Of a stretch of DNA of 64,000 nt, positions 45,769-59,317 are shown piece after piece. Source of the DNA: an uncultured Gammaproteobacteria bacterium. GTDB taxonomy: Bacteria > Pseudomonadota > Gammaproteobacteria > UBA9214. The DNA lies in contig CAVYZN010000002.1 of the NCBI GenBank assembly GCA_963773065.1, forward strand, positions 52,636-116,635, read 5' to 3'. Position 1 is the first letter of the stretch. Each line of letters starts with the position of its first letter. The position numbers and the translations under genes are program-made. Under the pieces are notes generated by a model, which saw only the letters and a program-made list of their open reading frames with translations, did no database searches and had not been told where the DNA came from.

Positions 45769-46965
45769 ATGAACCCGGACCTGTCACGATTGCAACCCTA
45801 CCCGTTCGAGCGCCTGGCCAGGCTCACGGCGGGCATCGAGCCGCCCCGGACATTGACGCCGATCGTACTGTCCATCGGCGAACCCAAGCATGCCACGCCG
45901 GCCTTCATCACAGAAGAAGTGATCACCCATCTGCACGGGCTCTCGCACTACCCGACGACGCGAGGGAGCGCGGCATTACGAGAGGCGATCTCCGCCTGGC
46001 TGACCCGCGCTTCCGGCTGCCTGCGGGCAGTATCGACCCGGAGCGCCACGTGCTCCCGGTGAACGGCACCCGCGAGGCGCTGTTTGCCTTCGCGCAATGC
46101 GTGGTCGACCGCTCCTCCGATCCCCTGGTCGTGATGCCCAACCCGTTTTACCAGATCTACGAAGGCGCGGCCCTGCTCTCCGGCGCCCAGCCCTGGTTCC
46201 TCAACACCACGGCCGCGAGTCGCTTCCTGCCGGACTTCGATGCCGTCCCCGACGCCGTGTGGTCACGCTGCCAATTGCTCTATATCTGCAGCCCCGGGAA
46301 CCCGACCGGCGCCGTGATGGATATCCCCGGGCTGCAGTCCCTGCTGGAACTCGCCGACCGGCACGACTTCGTCATCGCCGCGGACGAATGCTACTCGGAA
46401 ATCTATCCCGAGGAGTCCGTCCCCACCGCCCGGGTTGCTGCAGGCCGCCGCCGCCATGGGGCGCGAGGATTACCGCCGCTGCCTCGTGTTTCACAGCCTG
46501 TCGAAACGCTCCAATGCACCGGGACTGCGCTCCGGCTTCGTGGCCGGCGATGCCCGGCTGATCGGCGAATTCCTGCGTTACCGGACCTACCACGGCTGCG
46601 CCATGCCCCCGGCCACCCAGGCCGCCAGCACCCGGGCCTGGCGGGATGAAGCGCACGTGGTCGATAACCGTGCCCTTTACCGGGAAAAATTTTCCGCCGT
46701 CCTCGACATCCTCCGGCCGGTCATCGAGGTATCCGCCCCGGCGGGGGGATTCTATCTCTGGCCGGAAACACCGGTTGACGACTGCGACTTCGCCCGGGGT
46801 TTGCTGGCACGGCACAATGTCACCGTCCTGCCCGGAAGTTATCTGTCGCGCACGGCCCACGGCATGAACCCGGGGAAGAACCGCGTGCGCATGGCTCTCG
46901 TCGCCCCTCTCGAGGACTGCATCGAAGCCGCGCGGCGGATTAAATCGTATATTGTCTCGCTTTAG
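45769..46965 (+). CDS. dapC: succinyldiaminopimelate transaminase, frameshifts near 46010 and 46430
   Basis: MNPDLSRLQPYPFERL...LSIGEPKH; GTREALFAFAQ..PNPFYQIYEGAALL..DECYSEIY; SLSKRSNAPGLRSGF..YRTYHGCAM. Confidence 0.93.
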
Positions 46966-47057
46966 GCGGCTATCATAGCCGGCAATTTTTCACGACAGAA
47001 ACACCGTGACAATCATGTCGAGACATAGAAACACCAACCCAGGGGAGCACATCCGCC

Positions 47058-47879
<822 letters not shown>

Positions 47880-47946
47880 CCGGCAGATTTCACTAATTCA
47901 CCGCAAAGACGCAAACGATGCGCACGATACCGCTCTGTTTGCGTGA

Positions 47947-49086
<1,140 letters not shown>

Positions 49087-49110
49087 CAATCAAGACAGCA
49101 ACTTTCTCCC

Positions 49111-49995
49111 ATGCATCCGACTACCCGGGATCTGGTTAAACGCGGCGGCCTGCTGGTCCTGTCCGTATGGCTGGCCAGCGGCTGTTCGACCGGCCAGATG
49201 GTGGTGCGCGGCACTCAGTCGATCCTCGACAGCGGCATCGTCGCCATGAACCGGGAAACGGATCTCGATCTGGCCAGGGACGCCATGCCCGCCAACCTGA
49301 AGCTGCTGGAGGGGATGCTCATCGAGGACCCGGGCAACACCCAGTTGCGTCTGTACGCGGCCGAGGGTTTTTACGGCTATACCTTCGGCTTCGTCGAAAT
49401 GCAGGACAGCACCCGGGCGCGGCATCTGTATCGCCGTTGCTATGAACACGCCCGGATGGCGCTGCAGCAATCGGGCGTGCCACTGGACCCCGAGACATCC
49501 GCGCCGGCGGATTTCGAGGCCGCCGTCGGCAAGGCCGGCAGGGACGCGGTGCCCGCCATGTTCTGGACGGCGTCCTGCCTGGCCAACTGGATCAATCTGA
49601 ACCGTAACAGTCCGGCCGGGATCGCCGAGCTGTCCAGCGCCGCGGTGCTCATGCAACGCGTGATCGCGCTCGATGACGTGTTCTACTACGGCGGACCCCA
49701 CCTGTTCTTTGGCGTGTACTACGGCGGGCGCTCACCTTTGTTCGGGGGAAATTCCCAGCTCTCCGAACAGCATTTCAGGCGCGCGGCCGAGATTAACCAC
49801 GACAAACTGCTCCTGGTCGACGTGCTGCAGGCCGAGTACCTCGACCGGCAACGGCTGGATCGCGCGGCATTCAACCAGCACCTGACACGCGTTATCGAAG
49901 CGCCCGAGAACCTGGCCCCCGATATGGCGCTGATGAATGCGATTGCAAAACAGCAGGCCGCCGAACTGATCAAAGCGGAGGATGACTGGTTTTGA
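49111..49995 (+). CDS. TatT-family TRAP-associated lipoprotein
   Basis: Lipobox ASGC, ETDLDLARDAMPANLKLLEG, FYYGGPHLFFGVYY..R..FGG, F...L..V, NAIAK, ending EDDWF. Lies upstream of dctP. Confidence 0.85.
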   Translation: MHPTTRDLVKRGGLLVLSVWLASGCSTGQMVVRGTQSILDSGIVAMNRETDLDLARDAMPANLKLLEGMLIEDPGNTQLRLYAAEGFYGYTFGFVEMQDSTRARHLYRRCYEHARMALQQSGVPLDPETSAPADFEAAVGKAGRDAVPAMFWTASCLANWINLNRNSPAGIAELSSAAVLMQRVIALDDVFYYGGPHLFFGVYYGGRSPLFGGNSQLSEQHFRRAAEINHDKLLLVDVLQAEYLDRQRLDRAAFNQHLTRVIEAPENLAPDMALMNAIAKQQAAELIKAEDDWF

Positions 49996-51047
49996 AGCGC
50001 GTCGGCACACCTGGTTTGCGTACCGCCCTCGTTTTACTGGCGTGCTTGACGGCGCTGTCAGTCTGCCCTCCCGCGGCGGCGGCGGAAACCTACGTATTGA
50101 AATTTGCCACGCTGGCCCCGGCCGGTTCGACCTGGATGCAATTGCTCGAGGCATGGGCGGCGGAGGTCAGCGAGAAGAGCGGCGGGCGGCTGGTCTTCAA
50201 AATCTATCCGGGAGGCGTACAGGGCGACGAACCGGACGTCCTCAAGAAGATCCGTTTCGGACAATTGCAGGGCGGCGCCTTCACGGGCTACGGGATCGGG
50301 CACTTCTACTCCCCGGCGCGCGCGCTGGAACTGCCGTTCCTGTTCAACGGCATCGATGAAATCGATTATGTAAGAAGTCGTTTCATGCCGACCATCGAAC
50401 AGGGCTACCGTGATAACGGCTATGAATTGCTTGGCTGGATGGAAGTCGGCCTGATCTATTTCTTTTCGAAAGAACCGATCTATTCCCTCGATGACCTGAA
50501 GAAACGGCGCATCTGGCAGTGGACGGGCGACCCGATGGGACAGGCCTTTTTCGACGCCAGCGGTATCGCACCGGTCCCCCTGTCGATCATCGACGTCTAC
50601 ACCAGCCTCTCGACCGGCCTGATCGACACGGTCTATTGCCCGCCGCTGGGGGCGATTGCCCTGCAGTGGTTCACCAAGACCCGCTATGTCACCAATGTAC
50701 CCATGGCCAACGGTATCGGCTCGCTGGTCGTGTCGCGCCGTTTTTACCAGAGTCTGCCGCAGGACCTGCAGAAACTGCTGAAGAGCACGGGCCGGATGAC
50801 CGGTGACAGGCTGATCGAGGCCACCCGCCGGGACAACCGGGAAAGCCTGGAGATACTGAAGGCCAAGGGCATGCAATTCATCCTCAATCCCGAAGACCTG
50901 GATGCCGCCGAGGTGGCGGAAATCAGCAGAAAAGCCGGGGAAAGCCTCATGAAAAGCGGCTATATCCCCGAGGCCACGATCCGCGACATCGGCACCTGGC
51001 TGACGGAATACCGCACCGGGCATAAACGCCATGACACCGGGCAATGA
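49992..51047 (+). CDS. dctP: TRAP transporter substrate-binding protein (DctP/TatP)
   Basis: LKFATLAPAGSTW...IYPGGVQGDE...KIRFGQL...ELPFLF...DVYTSLSTGLID...LQW. Confidence 0.9.
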   Translation: MKRVGTPGLRTALVLLACLTALSVCPPAAAAETYVLKFATLAPAGSTWMQLLEAWAAEVSEKSGGRLVFKIYPGGVQGDEPDVLKKIRFGQLQGGAFTGYGIGHFYSPARALELPFLFNGIDEIDYVRSRFMPTIEQGYRDNGYELLGWMEVGLIYFFSKEPIYSLDDLKKRRIWQWTGDPMGQAFFDASGIAPVPLSIIDVYTSLSTGLIDTVYCPPLGAIALQWFTKTRYVTNVPMANGIGSLVVSRRFYQSLPQDLQKLLKSTGRMTGDRLIEATRRDNRESLEILKAKGMQFILNPEDLDAAEVAEISRKAGESLMKSGYIPEATIRDIGTWLTEYRTGHKRHDTGQ

Positions 51048-51540
51048 TGCTCCCTGAACCCGCCTGGCTTACCCGCTTCCGGCATGCCCTGACCCAACTG
51101 GAAACAGCGGTTGCCGGTAGCGCCCTCCTGTTGTTGCTGGCCCTGGTCTTCGGGCAGGTGCTGGCCAGGAATTTTCTCCACTCAAGCATTCCCGCCGCCG
51201 ATATTCTGTCCCGCTACCTGGTGCTCTATGTTGCCTTCTTGGGCGCCACACTCGCCATCCGCAGCCACCGGCACATCCGGCTGGACATCGTGGCGGCCTT
51301 TCTGTCGCACCGCGCACATCCAGAACTGCGATCCCGCTGTATCTGATTTCGGCCGTCGTGTGCGCCGTGTTAGCCCAGGCGGCCGGCCGTTTCTGGTATG
51401 ACGACTGGCAGTACGTCGCCGAAAACGAACGCTGGTCCTCCATTCTGGCGTTGATAACCCCGTTCGGATTCGGCCTGCTGGCGCTGAATTTCCTGCTGGC
51501 GGCATTGTTCATCCACCCGGAAGGTCACGTCGATAAATGA
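51044..51540 (+). CDS. dctQ: TRAP transporter small permease, frameshift near 51320-51340
   Basis: QVLARNF...RYLVLYVAFLGATLA....HIRLD, with the remaining TM segments in ORF 51358..51540. Confidence 0.85.
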
Positions 51541-52800
51541 CGTTCTTCCTGATCGGACTACTGGTAGTTTTGACGCTGCTGGGCTTGCCGCTGTTCGTTA
51601 CCCTGGCGGCCGGCAGCCTGCTCGCCACCTATCACATGGGGTCTGGATCCGGCGCTGCTGATTGTCGAACTCAATCGCATGGCCTCATCCCCCTATCTGG
51701 CGGCGATCCCGCTGTTCACGCTTGCCGGCGTGGTACTCGCGGCGGGCGGCGCGCCCAAGCGCATGATCCAGTTGTTCAACGCCTGCGTCGGCTGGCTGCC
51801 GGGAGGCATGGCGGGCGTCGCGATTGCCTCGTGCGCCTTTTTTACCGCCTTCTCCGGCGCCTCCGGCGTCACCATCCTGGCCCTCGGCGGGTTGATGTTC
51901 CCGATGCTGCTGCATGCCGGTTATGGCGAGCGCTTCACCCTCGGACTGCTGACCACCTCCGGCTCGCTGGGACTGCTGTTCGCACCCAGCCTGCCGATCC
52001 TCCTCTATGGCATCGTCGCGGGTGTCAACATCGACGACTTGTTCCTGGCTGGCGTGGTCCCGGGCCTCCTGCTGATGCTGATCCTCGGTATTTACAGCCT
52101 CTATGTCGGCAGCCGGGCCACCGTACCGCATCATGCCTTTTCCTGGTCCAATCTCGCCATCGCGCTGCGCGAGGGCGTCTGGGATGTATTGCTCCCGGTG
52201 GGCGTGATCGTGGGCATCTTCGGCGGTTACCTCACCATCAGCGAGGCCTCAGCCTGCACGGCCGTCTATGTCCTCATCCTCGAAGGATTCATCCATCGGG
52301 AGATACACCTGGGGAAATACCTCTTCCCGATACTCAAGGACACCGCCGTACTGGTGGGCTGCATCCTCATCATCCTCAGCGTCGCCATGGGACTGACCAA
52401 CCTGCTGATCGATGCACAGGTGCCGATGAAGATCTTCGCGTGGGTGAGTCTGCATGTCGAGTCGCAGTTGCAGTTTCTTATCCTGCTGAACCTCTTCCTG
52501 CTGATCGTGGGCTGCATGATGGACATCTTCTCGGCCATCGTCGTCGTCGTCCCGCTCATATTGCCGATCGCCCGGCTTTATGGCGTCGATCCCGTGCACC
52601 TGGCCGTCATATTCCTCGCCAATCTCGAGATCGGTTACAGTACGCCACCGGTGGGGATCAATCTGTTCATCGCCAGCCAGCGCTTCGGCCGCCCCGTCCT
52701 GTCGCTGTTCATCGCCGCGCTCCCGTTCCTGCTACTGATGCTGTTCTGGTTGTTGCTGATTACCTATATCCCGGCCATTTCCCTCTGGTGGAAAAACTAG
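51537..52800 (+). CDS. dctM: TRAP transporter large permease, frameshift near 51640
   Basis: LAAIPLFTLAG...FTAFSGASGVTILALGG...SGSLGLLFAPSLP...GCMMDIFSA...NLEIGYSTPPVGINLF. Confidence 0.92.
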
Positions 52801-53276
52801 CGGCCCTGCGCGGCAGTGATGCCGGACTCGACGGCCTTGCTCACCTCGGCCTCGATGTCCTTCAACAGCGGCATCGCGACACTGCCCTGCCCCGCATAAG
52901 TGGGCCGGGTAAACAGGATGCTGGTCGTGGGGCCCTTCTGAAACATCATGATGTGCAGGGGGCAGAGGGATAGCAGGTCGGGATCCTGATTACCCAACTG
53001 GTTGGTATACGAAGTATTGATGAATACCATGGAACGTATTTCCTGCAATCCATTCCGGTCGTGGCCATCACCCCAGCGTGCGGGGTAGCCTCGCAGATCG
53101 TGTCCGATATTCGCCTCGTAGACGATGAAGAACCTGTAATTCTCCAGCGACCGGTAGACTTCCCGATACGTGCGGTTGAAATCCTGTTGCACGTCCCAGC
53201 GCAGCACGCCGGGCAGTTCCGCCCGGGCGAAACCGGCAGATAACAGCAATACGAGGGCAAACGCTTTCCGGTACAT
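52797..53276 (-). CDS. DUF302-like secreted protein
   Basis: Signal peptide, then VY.SLE..RFFIVYEANIG..L...W....N.L..IRSMVF...NQ..N.DPDLL.LCPLH. Confidence 0.65.
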   Translation of the reverse strand: MYRKAFALVLLLSAGFARAELPGVLRWDVQQDFNRTYREVYRSLENYRFFIVYEANIGHDLRGYPARWGDGHDRNGLQEIRSMVFINTSYTNQLGNQDPDLLSLCPLHIMMFQKGPTTSILFTRPTYAGQGSVAMPLLKDIEAEVSKAVESGITAAQGR

Positions 53277-53463
53277 AACGCGATCTCCGTCATAACTTTG
53301 ACAAATCATACCGCCATCTACCTGCCGATGCCTATCCCGCTGAGAGATGTTTTTCCTTCATGGTCGCCAGGGCACGTCAGGAAAAAACGTGTTTGAATCG
53401 CGAATAAAAACTCTTGGCGTTGTTGGCGTCTTTGCGGTTCTACCGGTTTAAATGGAATTCTTC

Positions 53464-54150
53464 CTAGTTTTCGCGCACGACAGTATCGCGTAAATACACC
53501 GGCACGGCTTCCTCCGGCCGGATAATTTCACCCTGGCTGTACTTCTCCGCCCCCAGGCGCGCCAGGTCGCGGGCCCGGGGTTCCAGATCAGGCAATGACC
53601 GAATAACCCGTCCTCCGGCCAGTTCCCCCAATTCCCGCCCGTAACTCGCCCAGCCGCTGCCGGCGGCGATCCACGCACCGTCATCCGGCATGGGAACCGC
53701 AAGCGGTGCACACACGCATTCCTCGCCCTGCAGTACCGGCAGTGCGTCCGGCTCCCGTGCATAAATTCCCCAGTACACCTCGGCCATGCGCGCATCGAGC
53801 GCCGCCATGACGCGATGCTCCCCGGTCTCACGCATCGCGCCCAGGGCGAGGGTGGCCAGCGTGGACACGGCGACAACCGGGAGGTCCGCCGCGAAGGCGA
53901 TGCCCTGCGCCACACTGGCCGCGATGCGCACACCGGTAAATGACCCGGGGCCCCGGCCAAAGGCGACGGCATCGAGTCCGCCGACCGGCAAACCGGCCTC
54001 GACCAGCAGCGATTCAATCATGGGCAGAATGAGCCGGGCATGCTCGCGCGGCGCCAGCGCCCGGCGTTCGCGGATTTCCCCGTCGATAAAAAGCGCGGCG
54101 GAACAGGCGGCCGTGGCCGTTTCGATGGCGAGGATGCGCAGCCCGGCCAT
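53464..54150 (-). CDS. tsaB: t6A biosynthesis protein TsaB
   Basis: ILAIETATAACSAAL...GRGPGSFTGVRIA...STLA...DARM.EVY...PVYLR. Confidence 0.96.
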   Translation of the reverse strand: MAGLRILAIETATAACSAALFIDGEIRERRALAPREHARLILPMIESLLVEAGLPVGGLDAVAFGRGPGSFTGVRIAASVAQGIAFAADLPVVAVSTLATLALGAMRETGEHRVMAALDARMAEVYWGIYAREPDALPVLQGEECVCAPLAVPMPDDGAWIAAGSGWASYGRELGELAGGRVIRSLPDLEPRARDLARLGAEKYSQGEIIRPEEAVPVYLRDTVVREN

Positions 54151-54154
54151 GGGA

Positions 54155-56107
54155 TCAGCGCGTCTGGCCCCGGGTTGATGAGGCCGGCAGCGCATGACCG
54201 GCATGGCTGAAAAAATCGTGGATATCACGCACCTTCCGGGTCCTCGGCATGTCGGGCAGACTGTCCAGGAAGACCCGGCCATAGGCGCGCTGCCGCAGCC
54301 GCGGATCGCACAGCACCAGCACGCCCCGGTCATCGACGTCGCGGATCAGCCGCCCGACGCCCTGTTTGAGCGCGATCACGGCATTCGGCAACTGGTAATC
54401 GATGAACGGGTTGCGACCCTGCGCGCGCAGGGCATCGATCCGCGCCTGCAGCACCGGGTCACCGGGCGAGGCAAACGGCAACTTGTCGATGATCACGCAT
54501 GACAGGGCGCCGCCGCGCACGTCCACGCCTTCCCAGAAACTGCTGGTCCCCAGCAGGATGGCGTTGCCCAGGCGCCGGAACTGCGCGAGCAGATCAGTGC
54601 GCGGCGCGGAGCCCTGCACCAGCAAGGGATAATCCACGGTCCCCGCGAGCAGCGCCGCCGCTTCCTGCAAGGCCGAATGGCTGGTAAACAAGAGAAACGC
54701 CCGCCCCCGACTGGCGGCCAGCACTTCGCGCGCGCAGGCCACGACGGCCTGGGTGTAACGGCGATCGGCGGGATCCGGCAGCGCCTCGGGCAGATACAGC
54801 AAGGCTTGATGTTTATAGTCAAACGGGCTTTCCAACTGCAGCGTGCGCGCCTGCTCCAGACCGAGGCGCGAGGCGAAATGGCTGAAGCTTGACCCAACGG
54901 CCAGTGTGGCCGAGGTGAATATCCAGGCGTCCGGCAGCACCTCGATCGCCTTCGTGAAGGCAGGCGCAACGTCCAATGGCGTCAGGTTCAGCCGAAAGGA
55001 CTGGCGCTGCGTTTCAAACCAGTGGATATGTTCTCCCGTCGTTGCCGCCAGCAGCAGATGGACACGCTCCAGCATCGTCCGGGTGCGCTGCCGGCAACTG
55101 TCCAAGCCCTTGCCGCGCTCGGCCGCCACCTCCAGCCTGGCTGCGAGCTGTTCAAGCGTCATGGTCAGTTCCTGCATCGGATCCCGCACCCGGGTATCGT
55201 CCCCGACATCCGCCCAGGCGGCGCGTCTGTCGGCCTCGCCGAGGGCGAGGCGGACCCTGCGCACGATCCCCTCGAGCCGCTGCGCCGTTTCCGGCAGATC
55301 GGACATGTCGGCCGCCTCGCGCAAGGATTCAATCTGGATATCACGGACCAGTTCATGCAACTGATGGCTGCTGATGCTGGTCCCGAAGAACACGGAAGCC
55401 ACTTCGGGTAGCTGATGCGCTTCATCGATGATGATGGCATCGACACCCGGCAGCAGTTCGCCGAAACCCTCCTCCCTGAGCGCCATGTCGGCAAACAGGA
55501 GGTGATGGTTGATGACCACGACATCGGCCTCCAGCGCCGCGCGCCGGGCCTTGACGACAAAACAGTCCCGGAAAAATTCACACTCCTGGCCGAGACAGTT
55601 ATCGACGGTCGAGGTCACCCGTGGCCACCAGGCAGAGTCTTCGGGTATCTCCCCCAGACCGGCGATATCACCGCTGCGGGTCCGGACCGACCAGGCACGG
55701 ATCAGCTCCAGTTCGTGCTGTTGCCGCCGCGAAAGATAACGCCCCTCACCCGAGGCCAGGGCCAGCCGGTGATGGCAAAGATAGTTCGATCGCCCCTTCA
55801 GCAGGGCCGTGCTGACCGGCGCATTCAGTGCCGCGCGCACCACCGGCAGGTCGTTGCAGTAGAGTTGATCCTGCAGGTGGCGCGTGCCGGTCGAGATGAT
55901 GACCCTCTTCCCGGAATGCAACGCCGGCAGCAGGTAGGCAAAGGTCTTCCCCGTACCCGTCCCGGCCTCGACGATGAGCTTCTCCTTGGACAGGATCGCC
56001 GCGGCAACCGCGGCCGCCATCCGTTGTTGTGCGGCGCGCGGTAAAAAGCCGGGTACACGGTGCGCGAGCGGTCCGGACTCACCCAGCAATTCATGATAGT
56101 CGTTCAT
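54155..56107 (-). CDS. yoaA: DinG/YoaA-family ATP-dependent DNA helicase
   Basis: EAGTGTGKT, LKGRSNYLC, Fe-S cysteines, DEAH, TSATL, SFWEGVDV, LKQGVGRLIR. Adjacent to tsaB. Confidence 0.9.
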   Translation of the reverse strand: MNDYHELLGESGPLAHRVPGFLPRAAQQRMAAAVAAAILSKEKLIVEAGTGTGKTFAYLLPALHSGKRVIISTGTRHLQDQLYCNDLPVVRAALNAPVSTALLKGRSNYLCHHRLALASGEGRYLSRRQQHELELIRAWSVRTRSGDIAGLGEIPEDSAWWPRVTSTVDNCLGQECEFFRDCFVVKARRAALEADVVVINHHLLFADMALREEGFGELLPGVDAIIIDEAHQLPEVASVFFGTSISSHQLHELVRDIQIESLREAADMSDLPETAQRLEGIVRRVRLALGEADRRAAWADVGDDTRVRDPMQELTMTLEQLAARLEVAAERGKGLDSCRQRTRTMLERVHLLLAATTGEHIHWFETQRQSFRLNLTPLDVAPAFTKAIEVLPDAWIFTSATLAVGSSFSHFASRLGLEQARTLQLESPFDYKHQALLYLPEALPDPADRRYTQAVVACAREVLAASRGRAFLLFTSHSALQEAAALLAGTVDYPLLVQGSAPRTDLLAQFRRLGNAILLGTSSFWEGVDVRGGALSCVIIDKLPFASPGDPVLQARIDALRAQGRNPFIDYQLPNAVIALKQGVGRLIRDVDDRGVLVLCDPRLRQRAYGRVFLDSLPDMPRTRKVRDIHDFFSHAGHALPASSTRGQTR

Positions 56108-56132
56108 TCAATCGGGCGCGGACCCGCCGGGT

Positions 56133-56666
56133 TCAATGCATCTGCAAGGCCCGTTTCTGCCTCTCGGCCGCCTGCGCGCCGGCCGTATCGCCGCGCTTGC
56201 GCCGCGCCTCGGCGATCAGTCCCCAGTTCCTGGCCTGCAGCGCGTAATTCCCGGCCGCCAGGCTGCTCGACTTGGCGGCCAGTTGCTCGGCCTGTATGGC
56301 GTCGCCTTCGGCCAGCCGCACCGAGGCGAGGTGATGCCAGAGGATGGGATTACGGGAATCGATCCGGATGGCGCGCTCGAGCGTCACGGCGGCGGCCTGC
56401 AGGTCGCCGTCGTTGGCTTGCTGTTCGGCATGACCCAGCAAGGCCACGACGGCGGCCGGCTGTTCCCGCTGCGCCGGAGCCGGCGCATAAACCCGTGGCG
56501 GAGTCTCCTCTCCCCTGACTAAAGGCCGTTCCGGTACGGGGGTCCCCTGCTCGATCACGGGGGGCGGAGACGTACGGGTGGTGTACGGCGCCGTCGAGCA
56601 TGCCGGGATAGCCGTGACAACCACCAGTGCCAGAGCGGCAAGACGCAGGGATGAAATCGGGATCAC
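56133..56666 (-). CDS. TPR lipoprotein, LpoP-like PBP1b activator
   Basis: Lipobox IPAC, Pro-rich linker, AVVALL..A...GDL..AA..LERAIRI..RNP.LW..LA. Overlaps the mrcB stop, as in the Pseudomonas mrcB-lpoP arrangement. Confidence 0.8.
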   Translation of the reverse strand: MIPISSLRLAALALVVVTAIPACSTAPYTTRTSPPPVIEQGTPVPERPLVRGEETPPRVYAPAPAQREQPAAVVALLGHAEQQANDGDLQAAAVTLERAIRIDSRNPILWHHLASVRLAEGDAIQAEQLAAKSSSLAAGNYALQARNWGLIAEARRKRGDTAGAQAAERQKRALQMH

Positions 56667-58988
56667 TGAAACAACTCCTTGAACCAGTCAACGGGTTTCT
56701 GCAGGGGCAGGCCTTCCTGCGCGCATGGGGCGGACGCACTCGGTCCACTGCCTTGTATGAAAGGCAATTCTACGCCATTCTGACAGCCCTGACCGGCCCG
56801 CAGCCCGGTGGCCGGATCGATCAGGATAGACTCAATGCCTTCCACGGCGGACGGCTGTGAACCCGTATCGCCGAGGTGCGCAAACAGATCTCGCCACACG
56901 GGCAAGGCGCCGGTCGATCCGCTCAGGCCGGTCGACATATCATCATCCCGACCAACCCACACTACCGCCAGGCGGTCCCCCGAAAAGCCGGCAAACCAAC
57001 TGTCGCGCATGTCATCGGTCGTGCCGGTCTTGCCGGCGATATCCATGCCCGACGGCAGTACCTGGTACAGGGAACGCCCGGTCCCCTCGCGCGCGGCATG
57101 ACGCAGAGCCGTCGTGACGAGGTAGGCCGCGGCGGGGTTGATGGCCGCCTCGACTCTCAGGGGGTAACTCTGCAGCGGCGTGGCGTCGGCGGCCAGCACG
57201 GCGCGTATGGCGCGAAGCGGCGTCTGGAAACCCCCACTGGCGATCGTCTGGTACATCTGCGTCACCTGCAGCGGTGTCAGTTCGACCGCCCCCAGCATGA
57301 GCGAGGGATAGGCGTTCAAGGGCTGGTCAATGCCGAGGCTGTGCAGGGTTGCGATGACCGACTGGATGCCGACGTCCAAACCCAGGCGTGCCGTGGCCAC
57401 ATTGTAGGAATTCGCCAGGGCCAGGTAGAGCGGTGTAAGGCCGTGGAACTGTTTGTCGTAATTGCTGGGTGACCAGGTGGTCCTGTTAGGCGCGGTATAG
57501 GTCAATGGGTCGTCATCCAGCAGCGTGGCCAGGGTGTAGTGTTCCGGCTGTTCGAGCGCGGTCAGGTACACGGCCGGTTTGATCACGGAACCCACCTGCC
57601 GGTTAGCATCCAGGGCGCGGTTGAAACCGATAAACCCGGGCTTCCGCCCTCCCGCCAGGGCCAGCACCTCACCGCCCTGGATCGACGTCACTACGGCCGC
57701 TCCTTCCAGGGTACCCTCCCGCATGGAGCGGCTACGCTCCAGAGCTGGTGAGGTGTTTATCCAGCGCCGCTTCGAGTTGCCACTGGACCTGCGGATCGAG
57801 CGTGGTAAAGATGCGCAAGCCCTCGGAGGTGATGTCCTCCTCGCGATAGTCGCGCCGCAACTGGCGGCGCACCATGTCCAGGAAAGCGGGAAAGGCATCG
57901 ATGGCCTTGTTCGGATCACGGCTCACGCCGAGATTGCGTGATTTTGCCTGTGCCGCCTCGTCTTGACTGATGAGCCCCTGCTCCACCATGACATCGAGTA
58001 CGAAGTTGCGGCGCTCCGTGGCCCGCTCCGCATGCGTGCGCGGATTATAGTAGGACGGCCCCTTCACCAGACCGACGAGCAGGGCAAACTGATCCACGGA
58101 TAGCTCGGGAAGCGGCCGATCGAAATAGAAATAACTGGCCAATCCGAAGCCGTGCACGGACCGGTTGCCGTCCTGCCCGAGGTACACCTCATTCAGATAG
58201 GCTTCCAGAATTTCATCCTTTTCATAATGCCACTCAAGCAGCAGGGCCATGATGGCCTCGTTGAGCTTGCGGTTCAGGGTCCGCTCACTGCTCAGATAGA
58301 AATTCTTGACCAGTTGCTGGGTCAAGGTGCTGCCGCCCTGGACCACCTCGCCGGCGCGGATATTGGCCCATAAGGCACGCAGGATCGACAAGGGAGCGAT
58401 CCCATGGTGGGTATAATAGTTGTGGTCCTCCACGGCAATCAGCGCTCTGATCAGGGTGGGGGGCACATCCTCCAGCTTCACGAGCACCCGGTCTTCATTT
58501 TGTGCGGGGTAAAAGCTGCCCACCAAGACAGGTTCGAGACGGATCAGGCTGATGGCCTCGCCGTTTGCGGCATCGGTCATCTGACCAACCTCACCGCCCG
58601 AAAGGGTAACCCGGATATTATGCGCGACTTCCTTGCCATCCCAGTGCTCGAACGGCCGGGTAATCAGGTGGAAAGTGTTACGGTTCCTGGACACTTCACC
58701 GGACTGTCGCGGCGAGCTGACCGGCTGGTAGTGCAGCGCGGTGAGCTCCGTATCAAGTTCCTCCGGCGTCAGCGGCAAGCCGACATACAATTCCAGCGGG
58801 CGCGCGTAGACACGGGCCGGCAGCGACCAGCGCTTGCCATCAAACTGCTGACGAACCTGGAAATCGAGGTAAACGATGTAACCGGCCAGGACAACGGCCA
58901 GCATGGCCAGGACCGGTAACCCGTAAGAACGTCGTTGAAGGTTTTTACTGCGTGACTTTTTCCGCCCGCGTTTACGGCGTTGTGCCAT
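56663..58988 (-). CDS. mrcB: penicillin-binding protein 1B, frameshift near 57745
   Basis: YLD...F...W.LPARVYARPLEL, UB2H region, EDHNYYTHHG, QGGSTLTQQLVKN; then GSVIKP, SYN, AGKTGTT. Confidence 0.96.
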
Positions 58989-59200
58989 GAATTACACTGC
59001 CCGTGAAGGTAAGAACGCGACGACAGGCGCCGCGAGCCGCTGATTCGTGAAGAGGAATATTACCCGATCAGGGCGCGTGTATACCAAACACTTTCTTCGG
59101 TGGGTTTTGCAGAACCTGCGGTGATCATGGAGCTATCCGCTGCCGGTATCCGCACAGGGCTCTCTTATGAACGGAGGGGCAGACTGGCGCTGATCCGGAT

Positions 59201-59252
59201 AAAAGAATCCCCCAGGTTGGTTGTCCGCACTGGGGGGAATTTACGGAGACGT
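59201..59252 (-). terminator. conserved motif + intrinsic terminator, copy 1
   Basis: Minus strand: ACGTCTCCGTAAATTC-ccccag...ctggggg-attctttt. Confidence 0.75.
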
Positions 59253-59317
59253 TGGTAAAAATTTGTTCAGACGATTCGATCGGCTTCACTAGGAAGCATA
59301 GCCAGCTAATTCCATCA